Origin: Candidatus Omnitrophota bacterium
GTDB taxonomy: Bacteria; Omnitrophota; Gorgyraeia; JAHJTE01
DNA: 64,000 nt
Assembly (NCBI GenBank): GCA_040753675.1
Contig: JBFMEB010000005.1
Span: forward strand, 2,303 to 66,302
Direction of reading: 5' to 3'
In this document: positions 1-8,641 of the stretch, piece by piece
Position numbering within the stretch: position 1 is the first letter of the stretch
Layout of the letters: each line of letters begins with the position of its first letter
Position numbers and translations under genes: made by a program
The notes under the pieces: model-generated
Seen by the model: only the letters and a program-made list of their open reading frames with translations
Databases searched by the model: none
What the model was told of the DNA's origin: nothing

Positions 1-938
1 AAGGAGAAAAATATTTTGCCTTGCTTAAAGTAGAAGCAGTGAATTTTGAAAATCCGGAAACCATTAAAGATAAAATTCTATTCGATAACCTCACCCCTAT
101 TTATCCGCATGAGCATCTAAACTTAGAGTCAAAACCAGACGATATGTCTACCAGGATTATGGATTTGCTCACTCCAATTGGAAAGGGCCAGCGCGGCATG
201 ATTGTGGCTGCTCCTTATAGCGGCAAGACCGTGCTTCTGCAGAAGATCGCTAACTCGATTATGGAAAATCACCCGGAAGTGACCTTAATTGTTTTATTAA
301 TTGATGAGCGGCCTGAAGAAGTAACTGAGATGCAGCGCATAGTCAAAGGCGAGGTAGTGTCTTCTACATTTGATGAGCCGGCAGAGCGCCATGTCCAGGT
401 TGCTGAAATTGTCCTGGAAAAAGCAAAGCGCCTAGTTGAGCATAAAAAAGACGTGGTAATCTTGCTTGATAGCATAACCAGGCTTGCCCGCGCCTACAAT
501 ACAGTTGCACCGCATAGCGGCAAGATTCTTACAGGCGGAGTTGATTCAAATGCCCTGCATAAGCCCAAACGCTTTTTTGGCGCAGCAAGGGCAATTGAAG
601 AGGGCGGCAGCCTAACCATTATTGCTACTGCCTTGGTTGATACTGGCTCCAGGATGGATGAAGTAATCTTTGAAGAATTTAAAGGAACCGGCAATATGGA
701 ATTGCAATTAGACAGAAATCTCTTCCAGAGGAGGATTTACCCAGCAATTGACATAAAGCGTTCAAATACCAGAAGAGAAGAATTGCTTGTCAAGGCAGAA
801 CAATTGCAGAAGGCTTGGATTTTGAGAAAAGTTTTAAATGAATTAAATTCTGCCGAGGCAATGGAGTTATTGGTTGAGAAATTAGGTAAGACGAAAAGTA
901 ATGAGGAGTTTTTAAACAGTATGAACCAGACGAAATGA
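1..938 (+). CDS. rho: Transcription termination factor Rho, 5'-truncated at window edge (linker plus complete RecA-like ATPase domain)
   Basis: The frame of ORF 21-938 stays open back to base 3 ([19 protein letters not shown] matches the Rho region just upstream of the ATPase domain). It has the P-loop APYSGKT and a conserved C-terminal ATPase. rpmE lies immediately downstream, the typical arrangement. Confidence 0.95.
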   Translation, partial: GEKYFALLKVEAVNFENPETIKDKILFDNLTPIYPHEHLNLESKPDDMSTRIMDLLTPIGKGQRGMIVAAPYSGKTVLLQKIANSIMENHPEVTLIVLLIDERPEEVTEMQRIVKGEVVSSTFDEPAERHVQVAEIVLEKAKRLVEHKKDVVILLDSITRLARAYNTVAPHSGKILTGGVDSNALHKPKRFFGAARAIEEGGSLTIIATALVDTGSRMDEVIFEEFKGTGNMELQLDRNLFQRRIYPAIDIKRSNTRREELLVKAEQLQKAWILRKVLNELNSAEAMELLVEKLGKTKSNEEFLNSMNQTK

Positions 939-957
939 AGGAGGTGACTAATCAGTA

Positions 958-1158
958 ATGAAAAAAGGTATTCATCCCGAGTATAAAGAGACTACGATTA
1001 CCTGCGCATGCGGAGAAGTAATTCATACCCGCTCTACCAGGCAGAATATCCGAGTGGAGATCTGTTCTAAATGCCATCCATTTTTCACCGGCAAACAGAA
1101 ATTCGTCGATTCTGCAGGTAGGGTGGAGAAGTTTATGAAAAAATATCAGAAACAGTAA
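958..1158 (+). CDS. rpmE: 50S ribosomal protein L31 (Zn-ribbon type, CxxC...CxxC)
   Basis: 66 aa, MKKGIHPEY... with Cys pairs CAC/CSKC. A GGAGG RBS lies 8 nt upstream. Confidence 0.95.
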   Translation: MKKGIHPEYKETTITCACGEVIHTRSTRQNIRVEICSKCHPFFTGKQKFVDSAGRVEKFMKKYQKQ

Positions 1159-1381
1159 TTTGTCTATTTTCTGATTTTTTTGCTTTTACTTGCAGATGGG
1201 TTAGTTGGTAAGACTCTATTTGGACTATTAAAAAAGATAAATTTAATTTATATGCTACACAGATTAACACAGATGAGATGCTACAAGATGAACACAGATG
1301 TTGGGTTAAACTACCTGTGTTTATCTACTTTTTTTAATCTGTGTCCATCTGTGCAATGTTTTTTATTTAATTGACAAAAAA

Positions 1382-2464
1382 ATGTTTGAAGAAAAATTAC
1401 AAAGTTTGGAAAAACGCTTGGTTGAAATCGAGGGTCTTTTATCAGACCCAAAGGTTGTTTCTAATCAGGGGCAATATTTATCTCTCTCTAAGGAGCTTTC
1501 TTTTTTGAGTGAGCCGGTTAAAAAATTCCGCAAGTGGAAAAAAACCATAGAGGAAAAAATTAAGATTAATAAACTTTTAACTGAGAAACACGACCGGGAT
1601 TTTCTTGAATTGGCAAAATCTGAAATCAGTGAATTGGAAAGTTTAGAGCAGAAGCTTAAACTTGAACTGGAGAAATTCTTATTAGGCGAAGATAAGGATG
1701 CTAGCAGGGATGTTATTGTGGAAATTCGCGCTGGCACCGGTGGCCAGGAAGCAAGTATATTCGCGGCAGATCTATTTAGGATGTATTCTAAATACGCGGA
1801 TAAGTGCAATTGGAAAACCGAAATCTTAAGTAGCCACACTACTGAGGCAAAGGGATTTAAGGAAATAATTTTCGCAGTGCGCGGTGAAGATGTCTATAAA
1901 AAATTAAAATTTGAAAGCGGCGTCCATAGGGTGCAGCGGGTTCCTGTAACCGAGGCATCAGGCAGAATACATACTTCTACAGCTACTGTTGCAGTGCTGC
2001 CAGAAGCAAAAGAAATAGATATTGTAATTGACCCAAAGGAACTTAAAATCGACATATTCCGTTCATCCGGACCAGGAGGCCAGAGCGTTAATACTGCTGA
2101 TTCTGCGATTAGAATTACTCATTTACCTTCTGGCATTGTGGTGCAGTGTCAGGATGAGCGTTCGCAATTAAAAAATAAAAACAAGGCGATGCGAGTCTTA
2201 AGAACCAGGCTCTTAGAGAAAAAGCAGAGAGATGCAGAAGACAAAATTTCTAATCAGCGGCGCAAACAGATTGGCGCAGGGGAGCGGTCCGAGAAGATAC
2301 GTACTTATAATTTTTCAGAGCACCGTGTTACTGACCATCGCATTGGTCTAACCATACATCGGCTGGAAGAGGTCTTAGAAGGAGACCTTGATGAATTCTT
2401 CGATACGCTGATTGCCGATGAAAAGAATAGAAAGGTTTTTAAAAAAGACATTTCAAATGAATGA
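1382..2464 (+). CDS. prfA: Peptide chain release factor 1
   Basis: 360 aa with the GGQ motif (RSSGPGGQSVNT) and a class I RF domain. It is followed by prmC, as in many bacteria. Confidence 0.95.
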   Translation: MFEEKLQSLEKRLVEIEGLLSDPKVVSNQGQYLSLSKELSFLSEPVKKFRKWKKTIEEKIKINKLLTEKHDRDFLELAKSEISELESLEQKLKLELEKFLLGEDKDASRDVIVEIRAGTGGQEASIFAADLFRMYSKYADKCNWKTEILSSHTTEAKGFKEIIFAVRGEDVYKKLKFESGVHRVQRVPVTEASGRIHTSTATVAVLPEAKEIDIVIDPKELKIDIFRSSGPGGQSVNTADSAIRITHLPSGIVVQCQDERSQLKNKNKAMRVLRTRLLEKKQRDAEDKISNQRRKQIGAGERSEKIRTYNFSEHRVTDHRIGLTIHRLEEVLEGDLDEFFDTLIADEKNRKVFKKDISNE

Positions 2465-3254
2465 AACTGAACTTATATTGACTGATTTATTAAATTGTAG
2501 CCGCAGTGAACTTTATTTAAAGCAGGTGGATCTATCTTATCAGGAGAAACTCAAGTTTTCCTCTATTATTAAAGAAAGGGAAAAGGGCGCGCCTTTGCAG
2601 TATATTTTAGGCAAATGCGAATTCTTCTGTCTGGAATTTAAGATTAGGCCAGGTATTTTTATCCCGCGTCCCGAGACAGAGATTCTGGTGGAAAAGGCAA
2701 TAAGTTTTTCAAACTACAAACTACAAACTACAAACTACCGTATTTTAGATATCGGCACTGGTTCGGGAAATATTGCGATAAGCCTGGCGAAACATATCCC
2801 TAATGCAAAGATTACAGCCGTAGATATTTCCCAGGATGCAATTGATTTAGCCAAAGAAAATGCACGCCTAAACTGCGTCGCTGAAAAAATCGAATTTATT
2901 CAAACCGATGTTTTTTCCCAAACTGTAAACAGTAAACTGTTCACTGTAAACTACGACGTAGTCGTTTCTAATCCTCCGTATATAAAAAGTGCTGATATTC
3001 AAAATCTGCCGACAGAAGTAAAACATGAGCCGCGCATTGCTCTTGATGGCGGTTGCGATGGTCTGGATTTTTATAGAAAAATTATTAAATTTTGCGAAAA
3101 AAATTTAAAACAAAATGGAATTCTAATGTTTGAAATTGGATTAGGCCAGGCAGAAGATATACATAATATTGTTTTAGATTCTGGCAAATTTAAAATTGAA
3201 AATATTCTAAAAGACTACAGCCAAATCGAACGGGTTGTGGTTATCAGAGGCTAA
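2457..3254 (+). CDS. prmC: Release factor glutamine N5-methyltransferase PrmC/HemK
   Basis: NPPY motif (VVSNPPYI) and SAM-binding DIGTGSG. The ORF-track start at 2412 overlaps prfA by 53 nt. The internal ATG at 2457 (MNETELIL) is the more plausible start, overlapping the prfA stop by 8 nt. Confidence 0.88.
   Translation: MNETELILTDLLNCSRSELYLKQVDLSYQEKLKFSSIIKEREKGAPLQYILGKCEFFCLEFKIRPGIFIPRPETEILVEKAISFSNYKLQTTNYRILDIGTGSGNIAISLAKHIPNAKITAVDISQDAIDLAKENARLNCVAEKIEFIQTDVFSQTVNSKLFTVNYDVVVSNPPYIKSADIQNLPTEVKHEPRIALDGGCDGLDFYRKIIKFCEKNLKQNGILMFEIGLGQAEDIHNIVLDSGKFKIENILKDYSQIERVVVIRG
2711..2738 (+). repeat. Perfect heptanucleotide tandem repeat (AAACTAC)x4 inside the prmC coding sequence
   Basis: Read directly from the sequence at 2711-2738. 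The 28-nt tract encodes NYKLQTTNY in the inter-domain linker. A second loose repeat (gtaaac, actgt motifs) lies at 2917-2953. Confidence 0.9.
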
Positions 3255-3255
3255 A

Positions 3256-4521
3256 ATGGACAAATTAGTTATTAAAGGCGGAGTAAGGCTTAGAGGCGAG
3301 GTAAGGATAAGCGGCGCTAAAAATGCAGTATTGCCTATTTTAGCTGCTACGCTCTTGACTGATGAGCCTTGCAGTATTTCAGGTGTGCCTAAGCTTAGGG
3401 ACGTGGGCTCAATGGTTAGGATTATTGATTATTTAGGAAAGAGAATAGAATTTAAAGATGGAACGATTGTGGTGCGTCCAAATAAACCGCTAAATTCTTT
3501 AGCGCCGTATAAGTTAGTATCTATGATGCGCGCTTCTTTCTGCGTTTTAGGGCCTTTGCTGGCGCGCTTAAAAATAGCCAAGGTTTCTTTACCTGGCGGC
3601 TGTGTTATTGGCGTGCGTCCAGTAGATTTACATTTAAAAGGCTTGAGCTCTTTGGGAGCTTCGATAAATATCCAGAGCGGTTACGTTGTTGCTAAAGTTA
3701 AAAGACACTTGAAAGGGAACCGGATTTATTTAGGCGGAGATTTTGGCTCTTCGGTAACTGGCACAGCAAACATAATGATGGCAGCCACCTTAGCCCAGGG
3801 CGAAACAGTGATTGAAGCAGCTGCATGTGAGCCGGAAATAGCAGACTTGGCTAATGTTCTAATAAAGATGGGAGGCAAGATTAGCGGTGCTGGCTCACCA
3901 ATTATCCGTATTCAGGGCGTAGAGAAATTGTGCGGCGCAGAGCATTTGGTTATACCTGACAGGATTGAAGCTGGTACGTTTATGTTGGCAGCCTGTATAA
4001 CTAAGGGCGATATAGTAATAAAGAATTGCGTGGCTGAGCATTTAGGCGCTTTAATAGATGGCTTGAGGAGAGTGGGTGCAATTATTAAGGTTGGCGATAA
4101 TGAAATAAGAGTCAGGATGTCTCGACGTGCTAAGCCGATTAACGTAACTACTTCGACTTATCCAGGCTTTCCTACTGATATGCAGGCGCAGATGATGTCT
4201 TTGATGGCAGTTACGCGGGGCATAAGTGTAATTCATGAGAAGATCTATCCTGACAGGTTTATGCATATTGCAGAATTAAATCGTATGGGTGCAAATATCC
4301 AACGCCAGGGCCCGTATGCAGTTGTCTATGGGGTAAAGCGCTTATCTGGAGCGCCGCTTATGGCGTCTGATTTACGCGCTTCAGCTGCTCTTGTTTTAGC
4401 AGCATTGGTTGCAGATGGAGAAAGCACTATATCAAGAATATATCATCTTGACAGAGGCTATGAAAAACTGGATTACAAGTTACAGAAACTTGGGGCAAAT
4501 ATTCACAGGGAGAAGGAGTAG
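3256..4521 (+). CDS. murA: UDP-N-acetylglucosamine 1-carboxyvinyltransferase
   Basis: MDKLVIKGGVRLRGEVRISGAKNAVLPILAA is the canonical MurA N-terminus. The ORF track begins 21 nt earlier at 3235, but the ATG at 3256 matches known MurA starts. Confidence 0.95.
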   Translation: MDKLVIKGGVRLRGEVRISGAKNAVLPILAATLLTDEPCSISGVPKLRDVGSMVRIIDYLGKRIEFKDGTIVVRPNKPLNSLAPYKLVSMMRASFCVLGPLLARLKIAKVSLPGGCVIGVRPVDLHLKGLSSLGASINIQSGYVVAKVKRHLKGNRIYLGGDFGSSVTGTANIMMAATLAQGETVIEAAACEPEIADLANVLIKMGGKISGAGSPIIRIQGVEKLCGAEHLVIPDRIEAGTFMLAACITKGDIVIKNCVAEHLGALIDGLRRVGAIIKVGDNEIRVRMSRRAKPINVTTSTYPGFPTDMQAQMMSLMAVTRGISVIHEKIYPDRFMHIAELNRMGANIQRQGPYAVVYGVKRLSGAPLMASDLRASAALVLAALVADGESTISRIYHLDRGYEKLDYKLQKLGANIHREKE

Positions 4522-4560
4522 CCTTTATTTACAATCTAAGATAAAAAAACTCTTGTGGGC

Positions 4561-4681
4561 AATGCCTAATGTCTAATGCCTAATGTCGAATGAATGTCCA
4601 AATTTTTAAATGACTAATTTTAAATTGGACATTAAATAATTAAAAAATTAATTAGGCATTCGGATTTAGGAATTAGTCATT
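4561..4681 (+). promoter_or_regulatory. Structured 5' leader of trpGDC: six heptad-spaced AATG repeats followed by three interleaved inverted-repeat pairs (candidate attenuator/antiterminator)
   Basis: 4561-4599 reads aatgcct aatgtct aatgcct aatgtcg aatg aatgtcc. Inverted-repeat pairs: A 4561-4570 aatgcctaat with A' 4651-4660 attaggcatt; B 4593-4605 aatgtccaaattt with B' 4623-4634 aaattggacatt; C 4609-4619 aatgactaatt with C' 4671-4681 aattagtcatt. C is nested inside B/B' while C' lies outside A', so C:C' is mutually exclusive with A:A' plus B:B'. Confidence 0.4.
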
Positions 4682-4712
4682 AAATAAAATCAGATTTAAA
4701 GAGAGGTTTAAT

Positions 4713-5279
4713 ATGATACTCATAATAGATAATTACGATTCATTTACCTATAACCTTGTTCAATATTTAGGCGAGTTAGGCGCAAAATTAAAAGTATTTC
4801 GCAACGACAAAATAGGTTTAGCCGAAATAAAAAAACTTAAACCCAGCAAAATAGTTATTTCTCCTGGCCCAGGCAGGCCAGAAGATGCTGGCATTTCGAT
4901 GCAGATTATTAAAGAGTTAGGAAAGCGTATTCCAATTTTAGGCGTCTGCTTAGGCCATCAATGCATTGGCGAGGTATTTGGTGGTAAGGTAGTGCGTGCA
5001 AAAAGGCTTATGCATGGAAAAACCTCATTGATTTATCATAACAATCGTAAAATCTTCAAAAATGTAAGCAATCCTTTTTCGGCAACAAGATATCATTCGC
5101 TAATTGTCTCAAAAAAAGGTTTTCCCTCGTGCTTAGAAATCACAGCTCATACAAAGCAGGGTGAAATAATGGGCCTACGTCATAAGCAGCTACCTATTTA
5201 TGGCGTTCAGTTTCATCCTGAATCGATTTTGACTGATGAAGGAAAAAAGATTTTAAAGAATTTTTTGGACCTATGTTAA
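4713..5279 (+). CDS. trpG: Anthranilate synthase component II / glutamine amidotransferase (TrpG or PabA type)
   Basis: [23 protein letters not shown], catalytic GVCLGHQ and HPES motifs, class I GATase. Followed by trpD. Confidence 0.9.
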   Translation: MILIIDNYDSFTYNLVQYLGELGAKLKVFRNDKIGLAEIKKLKPSKIVISPGPGRPEDAGISMQIIKELGKRIPILGVCLGHQCIGEVFGGKVVRAKRLMHGKTSLIYHNNRKIFKNVSNPFSATRYHSLIVSKKGFPSCLEITAHTKQGEIMGLRHKQLPIYGVQFHPESILTDEGKKILKNFLDLC

Positions 5280-6283
5280 AAAATGCCATAGAAATTTTAA
5301 GCAAGAAGAAAGATTTAAGTACTGACGAGATGCAACTGGCTATGGAAGAAATTATGAGCGGTAAGGCGCTTGAGCCAGATATTGAATCTTTCCTAATCAG
5401 GCTAAAAGATAAAGGCGAGAGCATTGACGAGATTACTGGCGCAGCTTTAGCTATGCGCAAGTTTGTTAAAAGAATAAAAACTACCCAGGATGTCATCTTG
5501 GATACCTGTGGCACAGGAGGAGATAATTGCCAGACTTTCAATATCTCAACTATTGCTGCTTTCCTGGTTGCCGCAGCCGGGATAAAGGTCGCCAAACACG
5601 GAAACCGCAGCATAACCAGTTCTTGCGGCAGCGCTGACCTGTTAGAATCTTTGGGCGTTAATTTATCCCTTGAGGAAGAAAGAATCGAACAGGCACTCGA
5701 AAAAATCGGAATAGCTTTTTTATTCGCACCTCAACTTCATCCGGCAATGAAATACGCAATGCCTGTGCGTAAAAAATTAAAAATTCGTACCATATTCAAT
5801 ATCCTAGGCCCTTTAACCAATCCAGCTTTTGCTACTCACCAGATTATGGGAGTATTTAAGAAAGATCTGGTTGAGCCCCTCGCACATGTCTTGGCAAATT
5901 TAGGCCTTGTCCATGCAATGGTTGTGCATGGTGAAGATGGTTTAGATGAAATTTCTACAACTTCTGGAACTTTTGTTTGTGAGTATAAGGATGGAAAATT
6001 TAAAACTTTTTCGATTAAACCAGAAGACCTTGACTTTAAGAGAGCGCTTCTATCAGACCTTAAAGGTGGCGATGGTGCAACAAATGCAAAAATTGCCTTA
6101 GACATCTTAAAAGGAAGCATTAGCCCGAAGAGGGATATTGTTTTGCTTAACGCGGCAGCAGCAATATACGTTGCAGATAAAGCTAAGGATATCTCAGACG
6201 GCCTAAAAATAGCCCGCGAAACTTTAGATTCGGGTGCTGCTTTAAAAAAATTAGAACTGCTTAGAGAATTTACTAATCAATAA
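5273..6283 (+). CDS. trpD: Anthranilate phosphoribosyltransferase
   Basis: GTGGD motif ([17 protein letters not shown]) and [10 protein letters not shown]. 336 aa. Confidence 0.93.
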   Translation: MLKNAIEILSKKKDLSTDEMQLAMEEIMSGKALEPDIESFLIRLKDKGESIDEITGAALAMRKFVKRIKTTQDVILDTCGTGGDNCQTFNISTIAAFLVAAAGIKVAKHGNRSITSSCGSADLLESLGVNLSLEEERIEQALEKIGIAFLFAPQLHPAMKYAMPVRKKLKIRTIFNILGPLTNPAFATHQIMGVFKKDLVEPLAHVLANLGLVHAMVVHGEDGLDEISTTSGTFVCEYKDGKFKTFSIKPEDLDFKRALLSDLKGGDGATNAKIALDILKGSISPKRDIVLLNAAAAIYVADKAKDISDGLKIARETLDSGAALKKLELLREFTNQ

Positions 6284-6284
6284 A

Positions 6285-7043
6285 ATGGATATCTTAAAAA
6301 GAATAATCAAAAATAAATTAATTGAGATAAAAAAAGCGAAACAAGTAAGGCCTTTAAAGCATCTAATTTTATATGTAAATAAATGTCCAAAGCCGCGGGA
6401 TTTTAAAAAAGCAGTTTCTAAGAAAGGCAGAGTCTGTATTATTGCTGAAATTAAAAAGGCTTCGCCTTCAGTTGGAGTTATTCGTAGGGATTTTAACCCG
6501 ATAAAGTTAGCTAAAGCTTTAGAAAAAGCTGGCGCAGATGCATTATCTGTTCTTACGGATAAAAAATTTTTTAAAGGAGACCTTTCTTATATATCAAAAA
6601 TTAAAAGGAAGGTCAAACTGCCAATTTTAAGGAAGGATTTTATTATTGATGAGTATCAGGTTTACGAATCACGCGCCTTTAGAGCAGATGCAATTCTTTT
6701 GATAGCCAGGATAATTACGGGGAATAAACTTAAAAAACTTTATAATTTGGCAAAAAGTTTAGGCTTGGCTTGTCTGGTAGAGGCCTATTCAAAAAGCGAT
6801 TTAAAGAAGGCATTAAAGATTAGCCCTGAGATTATTGGCATCAATAATAGAAATTTGAAAGATTTTAGCTTAGATTTGAATACCACTTTTAGGTTAGCCA
6901 AATTTATCCCCAAGGGAAAGATTGTTGTCAGCGAGAGCGGATTTGAGGACTTCAGTCATTTAAAAAATCTAAGAGACAGGAACATTAATGCTGTATTAAT
7001 CGGTGAAGCTTTTATGAGAATGAAATCGATTCATATAGCATAG
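6285..7043 (+). CDS. trpC: Indole-3-glycerol phosphate synthase
   Basis: 252 aa with IAEIKKASPSVG and INNRNL motifs typical of IGPS. Confidence 0.92.
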   Translation: MDILKRIIKNKLIEIKKAKQVRPLKHLILYVNKCPKPRDFKKAVSKKGRVCIIAEIKKASPSVGVIRRDFNPIKLAKALEKAGADALSVLTDKKFFKGDLSYISKIKRKVKLPILRKDFIIDEYQVYESRAFRADAILLIARIITGNKLKKLYNLAKSLGLACLVEAYSKSDLKKALKISPEIIGINNRNLKDFSLDLNTTFRLAKFIPKGKIVVSESGFEDFSHLKNLRDRNINAVLIGEAFMRMKSIHIA

Positions 7044-7055
7044 GAAGAATTTAGA

Positions 7056-8486
7056 ATGAAAAAATCCGTAAATAAACATCTTTATGCTTTAATCTTGGCT
7101 GGTGGCGTAGGAAGCCGTTTCTGGCCATTTAGTAGAGAGCTTGAGCCAAAGCAATTCCTAAATATTACTGGTCAGGGTTCTTTGATTCAAAATACTATTA
7201 GGCGTTTAGATAAAGTTGTGGCTCCTTCTAATATTTATATCATCTCTCGTAATACCTATTTTTACGAACTTAAAAAACAGATAAAAAAATTTAATATCCC
7301 TGAGTCTAATATATTATTAGAGCCCCAAGCCAAGAATACAGCTCCAGCCATTGGCTTGGGTAGCAAGTTTATAGCCAAACTTGATAAGGATGCAATAGTT
7401 ATTGTATTACCGTCAGATCATTATGTGCCTGACTACGATAATTTTAGAGCATGTATATTTAAGGCAGCACAGATTGCTTGTCTTAATTTTTTAGTTACTA
7501 TAGGCATAAGGCCTAAAAGGCAATCTAGCGGATATGGATATATAAAAGTAGATAGAACAAAGTTATTTAAGTTAGAAAACAGGAATATATTTTATAAGGT
7601 CGAGAAATTTTTTGAAAAACCAAGCTTAGAAAAAATAAAGAAACATTTTAAGGGCACAGATTATTTCTGGAATAGCGGGATATTTGTCTGGAAGGCTTCT
7701 GAATTTATGGATGAGCTAAAGGCGTATCTGCCGGATTTATATAAAAAGATAATGTCTATAAGAAACAATAACGATTTAGTCAGGGTCTGGAAGAGAGTTA
7801 CCCCCATTTCAGTTGACTATGGAATTTTAGAGCATTCAAAAAAGATAGCTCTTATTGCGGCTAATTTTTCTTGGGCAGATTTGGGTAGCTGGGATGCGTT
7901 AAATGAAGTATTAGCTAAAGATGTTAACGGCAATGTATTTCAAGCTGATTCTTTGGATTTGGGCAGCAAAGAAACCTGTGTTTTTAGTCGCGGCAATAGA
8001 CTTATCGCTACCATTGGCCTTGAGGGCTTGGTTATAGCTGATACTCCTGATGCGCTTTTGGTATGCGATAGGCATAAAAGCCAGGAAGTCAGAAAGCTAA
8101 TAGACGACCTGAAATCATTGAGACGAAAAGAGCATATAAGGCATTTATGCGAAAAACGGCCATGGGGTTCATATACAGTCTTGCAAGTTGGCGAAGGCTT
8201 TAAAATTAAGCTGGTTGAGATTGACCCTAAAAAGCGCTTAAGCCTTCAGAGCCATAGTAAGCGCGCTGAGCATTGGGTGGTAGTCCACGGATGCGCCAAG
8301 GTTACTTACTCAAATAAGACGAAAACTGTCAAAAGCAACCAGAGTATTTACATACCTAAAGGAACAAAACATCGCCTTGAAAATATTACCAACTTGCCTC
8401 TTAAAATTGTTGAGGTGCAGACAGGCAATTACTTAGAAGAGGATGATATTAAGAGATTTGAAGATGATTTTGACCGATTACTATAA
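7056..8486 (+). CDS. manC: Bifunctional mannose-1-phosphate guanylyltransferase / mannose-6-phosphate isomerase (type II PMI, cupin C-terminus)
   Basis: ALILAGGVGSRFWP nucleotidyltransferase N-terminus plus a C-terminal cupin (RPWGSYTVL...HWVVVHG). 476 aa. Confidence 0.88.
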   Translation: MKKSVNKHLYALILAGGVGSRFWPFSRELEPKQFLNITGQGSLIQNTIRRLDKVVAPSNIYIISRNTYFYELKKQIKKFNIPESNILLEPQAKNTAPAIGLGSKFIAKLDKDAIVIVLPSDHYVPDYDNFRACIFKAAQIACLNFLVTIGIRPKRQSSGYGYIKVDRTKLFKLENRNIFYKVEKFFEKPSLEKIKKHFKGTDYFWNSGIFVWKASEFMDELKAYLPDLYKKIMSIRNNNDLVRVWKRVTPISVDYGILEHSKKIALIAANFSWADLGSWDALNEVLAKDVNGNVFQADSLDLGSKETCVFSRGNRLIATIGLEGLVIADTPDALLVCDRHKSQEVRKLIDDLKSLRRKEHIRHLCEKRPWGSYTVLQVGEGFKIKLVEIDPKKRLSLQSHSKRAEHWVVVHGCAKVTYSNKTKTVKSNQSIYIPKGTKHRLENITNLPLKIVEVQTGNYLEEDDIKRFEDDFDRLL

Positions 8487-8531
8487 ATAGTCATATTTAT
8501 CCTAACTATAAGCGGGTCAGATAGTTTTGTT

Positions 8532-8558
8532 TTTGAAAAATACCCGCTATGTCTCACT
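8532..8558 (+). terminator. Possible weak hairpin after manC (agcgggt ... acccgct)
   Basis: 7-bp inverted repeat with a long loop and no adjacent T-run, so weak. Confidence 0.2.
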
Positions 8559-8579
8559 TTATACCTTTGGTTAATATGC

Positions 8580-8608
8580 TTGACAGGTTTAAGAGTTGCA
8601 AGTAAAAT
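8580..8608 (+). promoter_or_regulatory. Sigma70-like promoter candidate for the glycan-island regulator (TTGACA -17 bp- TAAAAT)
   Basis: TTGACA at 8580-8585, a 17-nt spacer, TAAAAT at 8603-8608, about 34 nt upstream of the ORF start at 8642. A TATAAT is also present at 8609-8614. Confidence 0.45.
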
Positions 8609-8641
8609 TATAATGTTCATTTTACGAACATTACTTAGAAG

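Noticed and set aside
1180-1374. 64-aa + strand ORF between rpmE and prfA
   Set aside because: No Shine-Dalgarno, hydrophobic low-complexity translation, and it overlaps the repeat/terminator-like sequence. More likely non-coding spacer.
2412-2456. Upstream extension of prmC overlapping prfA by 53 nt
   Set aside because: The ORF track starts at the first in-frame ATG. The conserved PrmC N-terminus begins near MNETELIL, so 2457 was preferred. Not decisive without an alignment.
3235-3255. Upstream extension of murA (MWLSEAK...)
   Set aside because: Canonical MurA proteins start MDKL. The extension overlaps the prmC stop region and is probably not translated.
4561-4599. Considered calling the AATG heptad repeats a TRAP binding site or T-box
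   Set aside because: TRAP sites are (G/U)AG triplets with 2-3 nt spacers, and T-boxes carry a conserved AGGGUGG..ACCGCG box. Neither pattern matches, so the region is reported only as a generic structured leader.
5194-5613. 139-aa minus-strand ORF (similar long minus-strand ORFs occur at 1465-1839, 31479-31841, 46453-46947, 29787-30101 and 12052-12363)
   Set aside because: All lie antisense to strongly supported + strand genes (trpG/trpD, prfA, the DUF4910 protein, FkbH, pseI, pseB). They are low-complexity and Ser/Leu-rich with no RBS and no recognisable domain, so they are shadow ORFs.
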